DNA of 64,000 bases from Raillietiella orientalis. Its lineage: Eukaryota. This document shows, piece by piece, positions 35,316 through 48,229 of this stretch. Positions within the stretch are counted from its first letter, which is position 1; each line of letters begins with the position of its first letter. Location: assembly GCA_036172245.1 (NCBI GenBank), contig JAYWIR010000010.1, forward strand, positions 806,001 through 870,000, in the 5' to 3' direction. The notes below the pieces were generated by a model. The model was not told the origin of the DNA, did no database searches, and saw nothing but the letters and a program-made list of their open reading frames with translations. A program made the translations under genes and the position numbers.

Positions 35316-38300
35316 CGTTGGAGCAGCCACGGGAGCCTCTTTTATCTGCTGGTGCATTATGGAACCATTCATTTTCGCGCTTCTTGCATTTCATCCGGTG
35401 AAATCGCAGCGACCTGCACTCCAAGAGAGCACGCGGGCGACGCGAAACACCACGGTGATGAGCACAACGCTCCCGAGATTGAACACGCGAAAATGCGTGC
35501 GGACGTGTGGACGGGCGCGTGGATCCGAATGAACCACTGATTCAAACTCTGTCATGTTTTTTTTTTTTTTTTTTTTTCTTTCGATCTTTGCATTTTGCGC
35601 TTCCGTCAGCTCAAGGAGTGGCGGATTTCCACTGCATTCTCGCTGCCGCGCACTCTGCACCTCTCCGGGAACCGTCGCGCAGCTCTCCATCGCGGCTCCG
35701 ACCCACGGAAGATGCAGCGCGACACACCCTCAGCAGAAGACATTGCAGTTTTAGAAGTCTCGTTGGGCGTCGCTCCCCGTCCGAGGATCATCGAACGCCG
35801 CCACGAGTATCTCGGTTGACACTTCATAATCGGTGCGTTCCACTGCTTGCCGGAGTCTCCGGGAGCGCGCGTCTTCCCGACGATCGCCCTCTATGGACGC
35901 GAGCGGGCATTCCCCGTTTCGGGCAGGTTTTTCTCGGCTCGGGTTTTTGCGGTCGTGCACGCGGCTCTCAGCACGCTCATCGGATCCGCCTTTCTGGTGG
36001 CCTCGCAGATTTCCCGTCAGGAAAGCAGCTGCTGCTCCTATACGACCAGATGCTGTGGTGGTCGTACAGGAGCGCGACGCTGCTGCCTCTCCCAATCAGC
36101 CAGCGATTCGGGCACCGACGGGTTTCGTGCTGGCATTCCTGGAGACGCGAAATGGTTCCTCGGGCTCCTGCACCCTCGCGCTCCCACAGGTGTCAGGCAG
36201 AGGGCAGAGTCCCCGCGTCACACGAATGCTCCCCGATATCCATTTCAACAAGACGTTCGTAACTCTTCGAGGCACGGCGGGAATCGCTTCTGAATAGGGG
36301 AGCTTCCCAGGATGCACGTGGAGGAGAAATGACCCATGGAAAATAACTCGTTCTGAGCTCGTATTGTGGCGCTGGCACGTGGCAGTAAGGGTTGCCATGC
36401 AGGCGGAGGGGCTCGCGTGCCTCTGTGATTGATCTACGGACTGAGAAAATGCTTTCCACGCAGACAGGCTTCACTTTGGCCTTAAGTTGATGCAGAGATG
36501 AAACAAGATAACGAGCAACTCAAGTCGAAAGTGGTACTGGCCAAATTTTTTCTCCCGGGATGCGGAATTCGGGGATCGGTGCAGTGGAGGGCACACGCGA
36601 TTCTAACGGGGATCGGGCGGTATCTGCGGCGGTTCCGAGATCCTCATCTCGAAAGGTTGCTCCGCAACCGCCTTTCGAGTGAGCAAGGAGGAGGAGGAGG
36701 AAAGCGTCCAGACGAATCGGCGCCTGCCATGCGTGATGAGCGTGCGGCAGCCTCCTCGGGGGTGGAAGATGTTCGGCCACCCTGAGCCGCTTGCTCTCCC
36801 GCCTTGCTACAAGGCTCACCCCACGTGGATAGGGCAAACTTTCGAGTTTTTCGAAACCACCTGTTCCACCCTTTCGTTCCGCGCATGTGCGAGTTCCCTC
36901 CTTCGGCGTTTTGTTCGCGAGCAGCGCCTCAGCGAGTCGGAAACGGACTGTCATTGAGTTGCTGTTCAGCCGACAACCGGTAAAAGCGCACACACACTTT
37001 GGAAAATTTTCGAACGCGCCTCGAAGATATTCGCTGCTCGACAAGCGGCGACACGCTGTGGCGTTCCGTTCGAAGAACGTCCCATTCTCTTCTCATGAGG
37101 TGCACTGGGTCATCGTGGCAGAGGCATTTTCCGAAGCCAAAGGTCAGCAGCAGTCGCTACCCCTCCGACCTCTTTGTTGGCACTCACAGGTAAATTTTGC
37201 CTTTGTCTTCGATCAGCCGTTCTGTCGTCTGCTCCCAGAGCCCAAGCCTCGATGGGAGCCCGGCATCCTCTTCCCAGGTTCCACCGTCGGCTCGACGGAG
37301 GGAACGTTTCGATTCTTTCAGCGCGAGCCTCGTGGTCCACCATCAAAAGTTCGACATCTGTTCTCAAAACGCAGAAACCCTCAGGCAGCAGCGACCTCGG
37401 TCGTATCTCGGCTCGGTTTCCACTCCACTCCAGCCACTCAGGAGAGAGAGAGAAAAAAAAAAACGACGCAGCCGAAGAGCACGGTACACGTCGGGATGAT
37501 GCGATGCAGAAGCTTTCTGTAGTCGCATGAAGAATTTCGGAGACTCTCCAAAGAGTTCTGACAAAGCGTCTGGAAGCACAAAACCGTGGACCGCTGAGGA
37601 GTTCAGCATCACTCCGGTGTGGCAAGCGTCTTGCTGCACTTCGCGTCCACCTTTTGCTGGACCTCGAACAAGAAGAGCGCGCGACTCTGCATCGCGGAGG
37701 AGGGCCTGGGCAAGCTGCAACGTTTGCCCAAACGATCTCGCGTTTCGGAGAGACGCTGCTCGTCCTCCTGCCTCTCGCTGGAGCTCTCAAAACCTGCTGG
37801 TGATCGACACGGAACAGCGGGAAAAGGTTCCCTCTCTGAGCGTGGGAATGCTGGCAGGAGGGTGGGAGAGGAGGGGCGCACATGCCAAAACATGGATGCG
37901 ACCGTGCGGATGAGGGAATTCCGCCCATTAAGGGATTCTGCAGGAATCGAATTTGATGCTTTTTCCGAGTACCTGCATGCTCAGAATCATTGGTCTGCGA
38001 CTGCGACTTGATTGTACGGGGGAAGAGGAAATGGGCCCTCGGGTAGATGGGAGGATGTGGAGGGAAGGGAACGTGAACAAGAGAAGGAACGGAGGCTCGG
38101 ATGAATTCTGAGAGATGATTGCGAGGAGTGAGGAGGAGGAGGCTGGTACGTGAACATGCGAAGCACGCAGCAGCTCTCTCGCGGTTCGCAAAGCGAGCAG
38201 CCAACGAGGCTCGAAAGGAGAAGGAAGGAAGGGGGCGCTGGGATCCTGGAAATGGACGCCGCATCTTCGGTTCGTCTGCTGAGATGACCATGTGCTCTGC

Positions 38301-38851
38301 TTCCATCCGGAATCTTCCCCGTTCGAACCCCCCGCACGAGCGAGCGCCATGCTGACCACAACGCCGCATAATTTCGAACGCGCGCTTCGTTTGATGCAAG
38401 GCAAGCTAAGGGGATGGCGCAGCTGGCGCATCCGCACGACGGAAGCCCTGCCAGTTGTATGCCCTAGCCAATGGGGGTTCAAGGCAACATAAGGCAAAGA
38501 GGGACAACGCCCAATATGTCTCCCTCTTTGCCTCCCCCCGCAAGCACTCTGTCCCTGGTGCAAAGGCAGGGTTTGTGCGTAGAAAGTAAAGAGACGTCAG
38601 CCAGAGGGCCCGCGCGTGTCTTCACGTAATCGCGCGTCTTACGCTGGTTGTTCCGCCGTGGAGGCTGCGTGTGCAACCGCGAAAGGGAAAGTCGAAGCTT
38701 CGGATTAGCGTTCCTCCGGCGGACCTCTTCGGCACGAAACTGCGGGACGTGCATCGCTGTCATCAGCCGCAGCACCCCCGTCGGGAAAGCCAAACCAAAG
38801 ACCTGACTCATGAAGGCTCGGTCGGCAAGTCAGCTTCACGCGAGTGCGTGC

Positions 38852-39565
38852 CTATTCGGGAAAGCCGGGGAAGGGGGGGTTAATGAAATCGGATCTCCCG
38901 GAAACGGAAGACTCTCGGTGAAAGAGAGCGTCTCCTTGTTCGGGAACCTGGTTTCTCCCGACGCCCATCAGAAAGGATGGCGCGGATTCGGGGATCTCCA
39001 TTCCGGTGGCCACGCTACCTGGGAAGATCCGACTTTTCAGGTCGAGGACCGCCGCCGGCTGCACGGACGTTGCCACGGACGTTCTCTTCTTCTTCGTCTG
39101 TGCATTTCCACGGAAGCCCATGTGGGCGAGGATCGCCCTGGCCCTGCACGCTTTGCGCGCCCGAGATCGCGCCTCAGGATCGAGCCCACGAGCGACCACC
39201 ACCACCTTTTCTCTCGGTCCTCTCTCTTCCCGCTTTCGGAATCCGTCCGCGTCACGGGCTCCTCCGCTCCCGGCTTCCGGGCTCGAAGCATCCTCCAGAG
39301 GCAGCAGCTGTCTCTCAGGGAGCAGCACTTTCGGTTTCCTCCGAGATCGAAGGTCGCCGCCGCTGCTCAGCGCAGGCGGCGGGAAAAGACGCGGTTCGGC
39401 TCCCCCCCCCCTCTTGGAAGTCCTTCCGTCAGCCTCGACGACCGACGTTGCGGCGGCGACGACGACGACGAGCAGTTTGGAGTTTTCGACGCCCGGACTC
39501 TTTGCCCATCCTCCGCGCCGACTGGGCTTTTTTTTCCCACCCGTTCCTCGAGGTGCTCCCGGCAA
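38852..39565 (-). pseudogene. Candidate degenerate NK4/tinman homeobox exon
   Basis: RRKPKVLLPERQLLPLE (39343-39293) versus NK4 RRKPRVLFSQAQV(L/Y)ELE: R1 R2 K3 P4 V6 L7 Q12 L16 E17 in register. Later GPREKVVVVARGL and MGFRGNAQTKKKR may be helix 2 and helix 3 ghosts; WFQNRR is absent. Position and strand match tin upstream of bap. Confidence 0.5.
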
Positions 39566-41531
39566 CTTCCTTCGGCGTCAGATCGGCAGCGCTTCCGGGA
39601 AGAAAGTTTGCATTTTTGCCGACTTCTGCTGCTTCTCCGTTTTCTGCGCCAACCCTCCCCCCTCCCCCAAGGATTCTCTGCCGATCCGTCCTCTCGGTCG
39701 CATTTTCATGCTGGAAGGTCACGTTCCCGCTCTCATCCCGACTTTTTCCCACTCACCGCGACAGTGCTGGTCACCGGGTGAGTTCGGAGACGAAGTGCGT
39801 CCCCAACGGGAAGTTCCCGACGTCGTATTGCCGTTCCCACCTCTCATAATCGGCTCGCGGACGCAAGCCACACAAACCACCTCCACCCCTTTCCTCCCGT
39901 CATAAAAACGCGGCAGTTTATAAACGAAGCGCGACGTTGTCAAGGGTGAGCCGGGTGACCATATTTTTGCACACGTCGCGTTCCTCCGGGGCGAAAAGCG
40001 ACTAGGATTGCAAGATGATGACGCTCAGACGGTGATGGCACACGGGTACATCGCAACAGGGGTGCGTTCCGCGTCCTGCGAGTCCCGTGGGTCATGCGCG
40101 GACAGTGCCGCAGCATGCGTAAAAGACATGCGACCTTCGGAAAGTTCATTCTGCAAGGACGCGAAAGGGATAGAAAGACTCACCCCGCTGGGATCACGCG
40201 TTCGCGTCGAACGCACCTCGCGAAACGGCAGTCCAGCAATGGCGCTGGACGGAGCCGGTCGGCTGCGTCACGCGCGGGCGGGCCGTGGCCATTTTTTCAG
40301 TCGCTCCGCGGGAGCGGATGCGCGTCCACGCTGTGCTCCCCGTTTTTCTGCTGAGCTGAGGAGCACCGAGCGGCAAAGGACTCCCTGCCCAAGTCCGTCT
40401 CGATTCCTCCTCCCACGCATTTTCATCGAAGTGCTGCATGAGACATGCTAGATGGCGCAGCTCTTCATTTCAAGAGGGGGGGGGGGCTTCTTCTCTGTGC
40501 GGATGGGGTGGAGTGGAGTGAGGGGGAGAACTACCCGAGATAGCTTTCAAGTCCGGGATCGAGTCTTGGAAGGGGGAGGAAGGCTGCGAGACGCTTTGCG
40601 CTTTGTTTGTCATCCCGCAAAATGTTCCGTCGAAGAGAGGTCGTGGGCAGCTGACGTTTGCTCGGTGCGATGCGAGCGTGCTTAGGGGGGCGGGCAACTC
40701 TTTTCTGGACTAGGAAGAGCCTGCCGGTCACGGGCACGAACTCCGCGGTCGATGAGGATGGCCGACAAGTTCCTCCAGGTGGAGGAGGTCATCGACTTGC
40801 TGCGGAACATCCAAGGTCAGCTAGAAGGCGCGCCTCCACGTCCACCGCTGCGCGCACCAAGGCACGACCGTCCTCTCTGGGAAGCGAGGGCGGAATACTG
40901 CGTCTTCCCACAGAAGGAGAGAGAGAGAAAAAAACAGGAAGAAAAAAGTTCCTTCATGAACGGAGCATCTCTTTCGGCGTGCTTTGGTCACCCGGAAAGG
41001 GGGGTGGCTGACCTGGGAGCGAGGCAAGAACGGTTGGCCGCTGCTATGAGGAGGAAATTCGTCTCCCGCGATGCAGCCTGCGTTTCCTGAGCCTTCCACG
41101 CGTTCCCCTGAACTGAACGCTGCGCCAGAATCAGGAGCAGATCTGGAACAGCGGAAGCGAAACGGGCAGCCCATCGATCGCGAGCTTGCGTCCGGAAACA
41201 CGTCGAGGGCAACACGAAAGGTGCACGGCCTCGTTCCCTGCGAGCACTCCAGCGTGGCCCTGAACGGGAATCACCGCGGAGGTCCCGTTTCTTGGGATCT
41301 CTTCGGTGGACCACTCATTCTCTTTTCCCCTTCTGAAGGACGGGATGCTTCTTGTCCTTCCCTACGTGAATGTTTCTCCCTCAGAGGCTCAAGCGAGTGA
41401 GCCACGGCCGCTGCGCAGCAAGCAGGAAAGAGCGCCCCCGGCAAACCACACGAGTGCGACCGCCAGCTCCCAGCGCTCTCAGCAGCACCCCGAGCGCGGA
41501 AAAAAGGGAGCACGAGGGAAAAGGGGGTTAC

Positions 41532-41751
41532 CCGTTTTCTTCTTCTTGGCGTGACAGTCGTTCTCGGCGGCGGCCGCTCCGTGGAAGAACAAGTCTACTG
41601 TGGGGAAACGGAGTTCGACACGTCTGCACTCGGGACGCGTCTCCCGGAGGCTCCGGGAGGTGTCGAAGGCGGTCGCGGCTTCCGCCCTGCCTATCTGGAA
41701 GTCCGGAGAAAGGATGTCGTCTATCCGGAAGCGGAATCCAGGAGTTTCCAT
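41532..41751 (-). CDS. First coding exon of an NK-class gene with eh1/TN motif
   Basis: ATG 41751, METPGFRFRIDDILSPDF (eh1 FxIxxIL near the N-terminus); 220 nt to donor G|GTAACC (GT at 41531-41530), phase 1; the unspliced frame stops shortly after. Confidence 0.7.
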
Positions 41752-41834
41752 GACCTTCGCTGCCCACACCGCTAGCGAGCGCGCACCGACACTCTTCGTC
41801 CCTACTGGCCCACGCTCGCTTTTCCGATTCCTTA

Positions 41835-41897
41835 GTACTGATGCGTCAGGGAACGAAAACCCGGAGGCGTGGCCAGACTTCCTTGCACGCGGCCAAT
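41835..41897 (-). promoter_or_regulatory. Candidate core promoter of the eh1 exon
   Basis: Initiator-like TCAGT (41841-41837) ~88 nt before the ATG and a CCAAT box (41893-41897) ~55 nt further upstream. Confidence 0.35.
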
Positions 41898-42949
41898 AGA
41901 TGGCTGCTTTCGAAAGGTCGTGTGCCGAGCCACTTTCGCACTGGGAGGAGCCGCGGGAACAATAAGCAATGCTGATTTTCGCGCCGGGGCTCATCCGCTC
42001 GTTAAGCCGCCTTTTCGGGAAGACGCGCGCCTCGGCCGGGAGCGGCGCGCAGCATCGATTATCCCGCCGCGCGCTCTTCGGGGGTGCGCGCTAAGTGCCG
42101 GCTGCTGCCGCCGCCTGACGGCGAGCTGGGAGGGAAGGCCAGTGGTGGTCGCGGCGCCGTCATCGTGGTCGTGCACGCTGCTCGGCGGCAGCGAAAAGGA
42201 CCGGTGGTGGCGCGAGCGACTGTGAGCCGAAACTCCGGGTACCCGTGTGGCGCTCATCCAGGCTCATCCCTCTGCGCTGCAGCAAGAAGCGCGCATGTGC
42301 AGAAGGGGCCGAGAGGGATGGAGAGAGAAGGAGGATCGCATCCCTGTTTGGGTGTCGAGAAGGGTCGAGTGAGGGACGGAGCAAACAGCTCGAAAGGGGC
42401 AGAGGTGGCATCCTGCCACCCCACCCCCTCTCTGCGTGTTTTCCGGGACCCCACGGGGGGAGGAGGAGGCAGCGGCAGTGTCTCCTCCGGAAGGAGGGCC
42501 CGCGGAGACACCCGACACGGACTGCAGGTGCGCGCGCGCGCAGGCGGAGGGTTTTCGCCCGCGGTTTGCTGGATATCGAAGTCCCGGGTGAAGAGTCCCC
42601 CCCACGGCCCTCGTCGAAAGGCGCAAAAAAGCAAACGCGAGGGGATTCGAAAACAAAACAAAACAAGGGAAAGGAAGGGGACCTCTTCCGTTCTGGGATG
42701 CGAGTGTTGAGGTCTTTGTGCACACAAACACACGCGTCTTCGTGTGTGCTGACTACCGGTTGTCGAAAGAGAGAGAAGACGGACAGCGGATCACGCGGAT
42801 GCCGCAGGCATCTTTTCCTTTTCGGAGCGGCGCGGACGCGGAAGGTCAGCAGGGGGGCAACCCTGAAGCGGTGGAACCTCCTCGGCAGCGTCAACGGACG
42901 GGCTGATGTCACATTCAGCGGGCTTCCCTCCGAGGCTCGAGGATCGCAG

Positions 42950-44080
42950 AACCCTTCCCCTCCTCGGGGGGTCCAACCAGGAAGAGGAAGGTTCCCTTCA
43001 GGGTTCCGCTGCCAGGCATAAGGAAGGAACGTGCCCCGCCTCCGGATCCCTTCCAGGATTCGCGGGGTTGTACCCCTCCATCTTGAAGAGCTACTACGCG
43101 CGCACCCTCGGGGGCAGAGTGGATAGCGTCAGAGAGTCTCGCGCGGGCCCCCCGCAAGGAAGCGGAGGGCCCGGAATGAGGCGGGCGGTTCTTCGGGGCT
43201 CCCGCGCTACGAGCGACCTGCTCGAATGGCTTATCGCGCCTCCCGCCGCCGGAACGGAGCTGCGCGTCTGGTTGCGCAGTCTCCACCAGGCTGCGTCACG
43301 TCTGCGCCACTCCCTTGCTCGCCCAGTGGGTCGGTCCCCAAGAGGAAAAGCATTCATTATGAGCCACTATTATACGGGGGCGGCACACTGGAAGCCTTTT
43401 CATGCGGCCCCAGGAGAGTTTCTTTTTTTTTTTTTTTCAAAATCAGTTGCGACCTCACGGGGAGGTCGTTACTGCTGAGAACCAGGATGATTGGAATCCT
43501 TTCGGGTCCTTCTGTCTTCATTTTTTTCCTCCCAGCTTTCTTTTCTCTTCTTTTCGGGTTTCCTCTTTTTTTTTGGTTCTTCCGGAGTTCAGAGTAACCG
43601 CTCACTCCCTCGTGGGGGGCCCACGGAGCTCTTCAGAGCTGTCCACGCCGCCCCCGAAGGTGTGTCAATTCTTCCAGTTACGGGGTGACCCGGAGGGATG
43701 ACCCTATGAATCCATAAAGGGCTTCGGAGGAAGAATTCTGTTCCTTTCTTACTCCTGGGAGGGAACCCTGAAGGAAGTCCGCGCTCCCTGATACCTGGAA
43801 GTACCCCGAGAGTCATCTCAGTACTGAAGAACCTCCCGCCTCCTTGGGGAGGGGGATGCTCACGGAGTTCTTTAAGCAACTCCTACTCTACCAGAGGGTG
43901 CGCGTAGCAACTCTTCAAGCTATAGGGAGGGACCCGAAGATATCACTCTATGAATCCAAGAAGGGCTCCGGAGGAAGGGGACCGTTCCTCTTATGCTTGG
44001 GAAGGGAATCTCAAAGGGAACCACTTCTTGCTTCTTCTCTCCGAAGGGACCTTCCGGAGGGGGTCGCTCCTCAATCCTCG
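42950..44080. repeat. Local repeat family D: one inverted copy (42950-43109) and two direct copies (~43600-43830, ~43840-44080)
   Basis: ctatgaatcca..aagggct.cggaggaag at 43704 and 43948 (244-bp offset); gagggtgcgcg..tag.a.ctcttcaag..gaatcc..gaaggg.tccggagg..cttatgc.tgg also present as reverse complement at 42950-43109. Confidence 0.8.
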
Positions 44081-47000
44081 TTCCCTCCTTTCCTGAACCG
44101 CTCCTCGTTCCCTCTTCCTCTGAAGGGAGCCCCGAAGGGACGCTTACGAATTTTCTCTGGAGGGCGCTTCCCGAAGGGAGAGACACACTCTGAAGAGGCG
44201 ACTCTCCGAGGGGGGAACCAAACAGCTCCTTTGTACGCAATGGAAGCTCCCTTTTCACGAACGGAGGGGAACTCGGAAGGGCTCCTTGATGTCCTGGAAG
44301 GACCTTGGAGGGTCGACTTCCAATCATGGCCATTCAACGGGCGCATCCGGGGGTTTCCGGCGTCCATCAGTGCCTCCGCACCCGAGTGGACCAGCCAGCG
44401 CCATCCTGCGGACGGAGGGAGGTGGGCTCGAAATCCACGATGCGCCCCCTGTTCTCGGCGCCGACGCAGGCGGGAGTTCGGCCGAAAGCGCGGCCGTGCC
44501 ATCCCGCAGAAAGCACAGAGGTCAGCAAGTCAGCCAAGTATGTCGTTTCGCCGCACGCAGCCGCGACAGTCCAGACTGTGCCTTGGAGACGTGGGGGGAG
44601 ACCGGCAAGTAACCACACAGACGCGGTCGCTTCCGATCGCGGGGGTTCGCCGCTGGAGACCGATCGCGGTACGCAGGCAGGGATCCAGTCCTGGGAAGGA
44701 TGGTTCTGTGGGTGGCAGACAGTCTCGGATGCATAAGGCTGAGGAGGAGCCACACGTAACTGTCGCGCTCCCCGCGGAAGAACAGGAGCTGCCCTCGTGG
44801 GTTTCCCACCTTTCCCTCCCTGCAGTTCGACACCGCACAATCGCGGGTCACTTCTTCGCGCGTGTCACCGTCCCCCAGGGGAAAGGGGAGATCTTCCTGT
44901 AGAATTGCTCCGCGGCGGCATTGGACGGTGCCGACCCTCGCTGCTTTGCGTCAGGCGACCTCAGGCGCAGGCGACGGAGAGTCGCCCGTCGGTGAGTGAG
45001 GCCATCCGCTTCGCTCTTCGCGAGAGCTTCTTGCTTTGTGGAGCCTTCCGTGATCCCGCCCTCTACATGACCTTGCGGAACGCCCAAGACGAGGTCCCCG
45101 GAAGGAAGAAGTCTGCACCAGACCCCGAGGCGGCGGCTACTGCAGGCCAACCTCGCAAGGTGTCTGAAGATCGGAGCGGCGGATGCGCACTATGACGCCT
45201 ACGGGAGGAGGTCCCGCGAAATGCCTTTTCCCGTCTTGGACGTTCGGAACTGGAACGCGGCCACATGCCGACGATGAATTAGGGAAAATGCGCCTTCCGG
45301 TCTAGAGAGCCGCGCAGCGGAGTTGCACGCGCACAGAGCTGCCCAAGGCGCCGTGGGCAGCCGGTTCCGCCCAGGCGGGAGAAGAAGCAGAGATACGCGA
45401 CGCCTTGGGAAAGTGGGCAAGGGGGGTTCTCCTTCCCTCCCCCGTCAGCATTCTCCTGTGGCGTCGCGCTCTGTTCATCCGGTTTTCCGAAGAGACCGAG
45501 CCGCGCGGCCTTCGCCTCCGAGCGGTCGCTCGCTGCAGCTGCTTACTTCCCAACCGACGTGCCCGCTTCCCTGGAGAGGACACAGCGGATGCCTTCGTGC
45601 CGCTTCACGCTGGGCACCGGAAGTCGTCCCATCTACACCTTTCCCGCGCTGTGCTCTCCCGGTGACGTCAAGTCACGGGGGCCTCCTCTTGCTGAATGAA
45701 TCCAAATCCCTCTTCAGTCAAAAGTGCTCGCTCTTGTCCATGTTTCGTCCGCTTCCTCAGAAAAGTACGGAGAGTGCTGATGATGGCGATGATGACGGCA
45801 GCAGCAGTAGTACAGCAGCAACATCGACAGCAGCAGCTGCCACGCGGGGAGTCAGTCTTCCCAGGAAGGAATCGGGCTTTTCGGTTTCCTCCTCCTGAAG
45901 CACAGAAGGGGCGAAGGTCGCTGCAAAGACTCCCCGAGCGGGGCTAAGGCGCGTTAGCAAGGGCAACGAACCGTCAAACAAGGAAACAGCAGCTTCACAC
46001 GCTGGGATCACGGAAAGAAGACACTCGTGGGGCAGCGGCTCCGCTCGTTAGGGTGGTCCCAGGGACAGCGAACGAACACCAGACGTCTCGGCGGCCGCGG
46101 CGCGATGAGTGGACGAGCTGCTATCTCTGCAAGAGTCGATTCTTCTGGAGTCTCTGGAAGCCGAGTTTGAGGCGTCGTGCTGGAGCAGAGGAGGCTGTGG
46201 GCGCCCAGGAAGCCGCGGCTGCAGGAGATCGCGGCACTCTTCCGCGATTCTGCCATGAACCGGAACTTGTGGGCTGCCTCAGGCCAGCCAGCAGGCTCGG
46301 GTGGGGCGCTGACTGCAAAAGAACAGGGTGCGAGGAGTTCCATAGGAAGCAGGGTGTTCGGTGATTCCTGGACGTGGGCAGCGCGCTCCCACCCACTACA
46401 GCACCACCGCCGCTTCCACGCGGAAGACCTTCGGTTTTGCAAGTCGGCGCGGCACCTCGCGCGTCCCGAAAATTCTCCAGGGAGGCAGGCGAAGGAGGGA
46501 AACCCACCTCGGATCCGTTTGGTCTTCCCCTTCCTCCCGCGAAGAAGCTCCGAGATGCCAGGAGGAGTACCTGGGCAAACCCTGTTGGCGCTCGCGTCAG
46601 GCTGGAGCGCTGGAAGATGCCCCGGCGCCGCGGCCACTCCTCAGAGCAATTTCGCCATCATTTCCGTTCGGTTTTGCCGGGGACGGGAGGCCAATTTTCC
46701 GGCAGGATCGCGCATGATGCACGCCACCCACTGACAAGCGCCGGATTTCGCGTGTAGGCAATTCATGACGACGGCTGTGTTGCACCCCCATTGTTAGAGG
46801 AATTATGGCTTTGCTCCGCGGCAAGTGATGATTACGACCGGGAGGCCGATCCTTGCAGAACGCCCCAGAGAGTTGGCATGGGAACACGGGCGAGCATCAC
46901 GAATTTTTGGCCGACGGGCTTAGGTGGCCGCAGGAGTGGCGGGGCGCGGGCTCGGGACCAGTCCGGGACACGAATAACACCCCCCTCCTCCCTCCCCATC

Positions 47001-48229
47001 CCCTCTTCCCGGAGCTCCCCGGGGACGCCGGATGCGCACGCCAGAGCCATCTAAGAGCTGTTCCGTTTATCGACGCGCCCGGCCACCGCGCCGGCAGTGC
47101 GGCGGCACAGGCGCGGTGACCGTTTGAAATTGGCGTTTCTATTTTTTTTTTTTTTTTTTTACTTTTCCAGAATCTTCCCTATCCGATCCTTGTCCGCGAA
47201 CTCCTGCAGAGAGGGGTCGCGGAGCGGGCAGACGCACGAAGCGACCCTCCCCCGCCTTCCCTCCCCAATGGAAGGGAGGGAAGCCAAGCCAGTGGTGGGG
47301 AGGGAGCTGCAGTCAGGCAGGGCTCACCGGCAAGCGGTGACGACCCGCTCCTTTGCACGCCGGACGACCGGGGGTCGTCCGTTTTGGAGTTTCCTCCCCT
47401 CGGGCAAAGCAGCGCCGCCGCGAGGGAGCGGACCCTGGGAAGCCCGCCACCACGGTGAGCCGGTGCGGTCAGCCGAGTGGAGCGCGAGGCGCAGCCAAAA
47501 AAAAAGACTTGGCGCGCGTGCGCGAAGGCTCGGGAGAGAGAGAGGCACGCGCGGCGCCTGTGCTCCAGATCGCCGGAGCAGGTACTTCCGGCAGCAGTGC
47601 ACTTGGGAAAGGCTCCGAGTGCATGCGGGCAGGTCGCCTCGACTTACGCAAGATTTATATCGCTTTCTCCGCAATTAGCGGTGACGCCGGTCATCAGCGG
47701 CAAGCGGTAGCGCAAGCGAAAGGCGGTTGCCATAGGGATAAACCCACGGTCGCGAGGGAAGTGCGTGCGCCCGTAATGTGCTGCTTGCAGGCGTGCTGAC
47801 GATTAGGGTCCGGATTAAGCATCGGGTCGCGATGCCCTTTAAAAAAAGATGCTGCTGATCTGTCTGATTTCAGAACGAGGCATCCATCATTTCGACGCGG
47901 AGCGCTGTCTTCCTCTGAGGAAACGCAACCTTCCCTCCCGATCCGTGACGTAAACACCCGCTCCCGCTCTCTCTCAGCTCTCGCGGACGCCAGCGGCTAG
48001 CAACAGCAGCAGCAGCAGTAGCAGCATTTGCTTGCTGACGGAGGCTGCAGGTCTCCGAAGGCAGGGGGTCCGCAGGAGAGACACGCAGAGACTCCGGGCG
48101 ACTCCGGGATCGACCGGGAAAAGCCGCCGTTCCCTGCTATAGAAAAGAGTGGCTAAGGCTGACCTTCACATACGAGGTGCGATGCCACATCAGGATGCCT
48201 TTGAAAAGGGCTCAAAGATGAAGTGCAAT

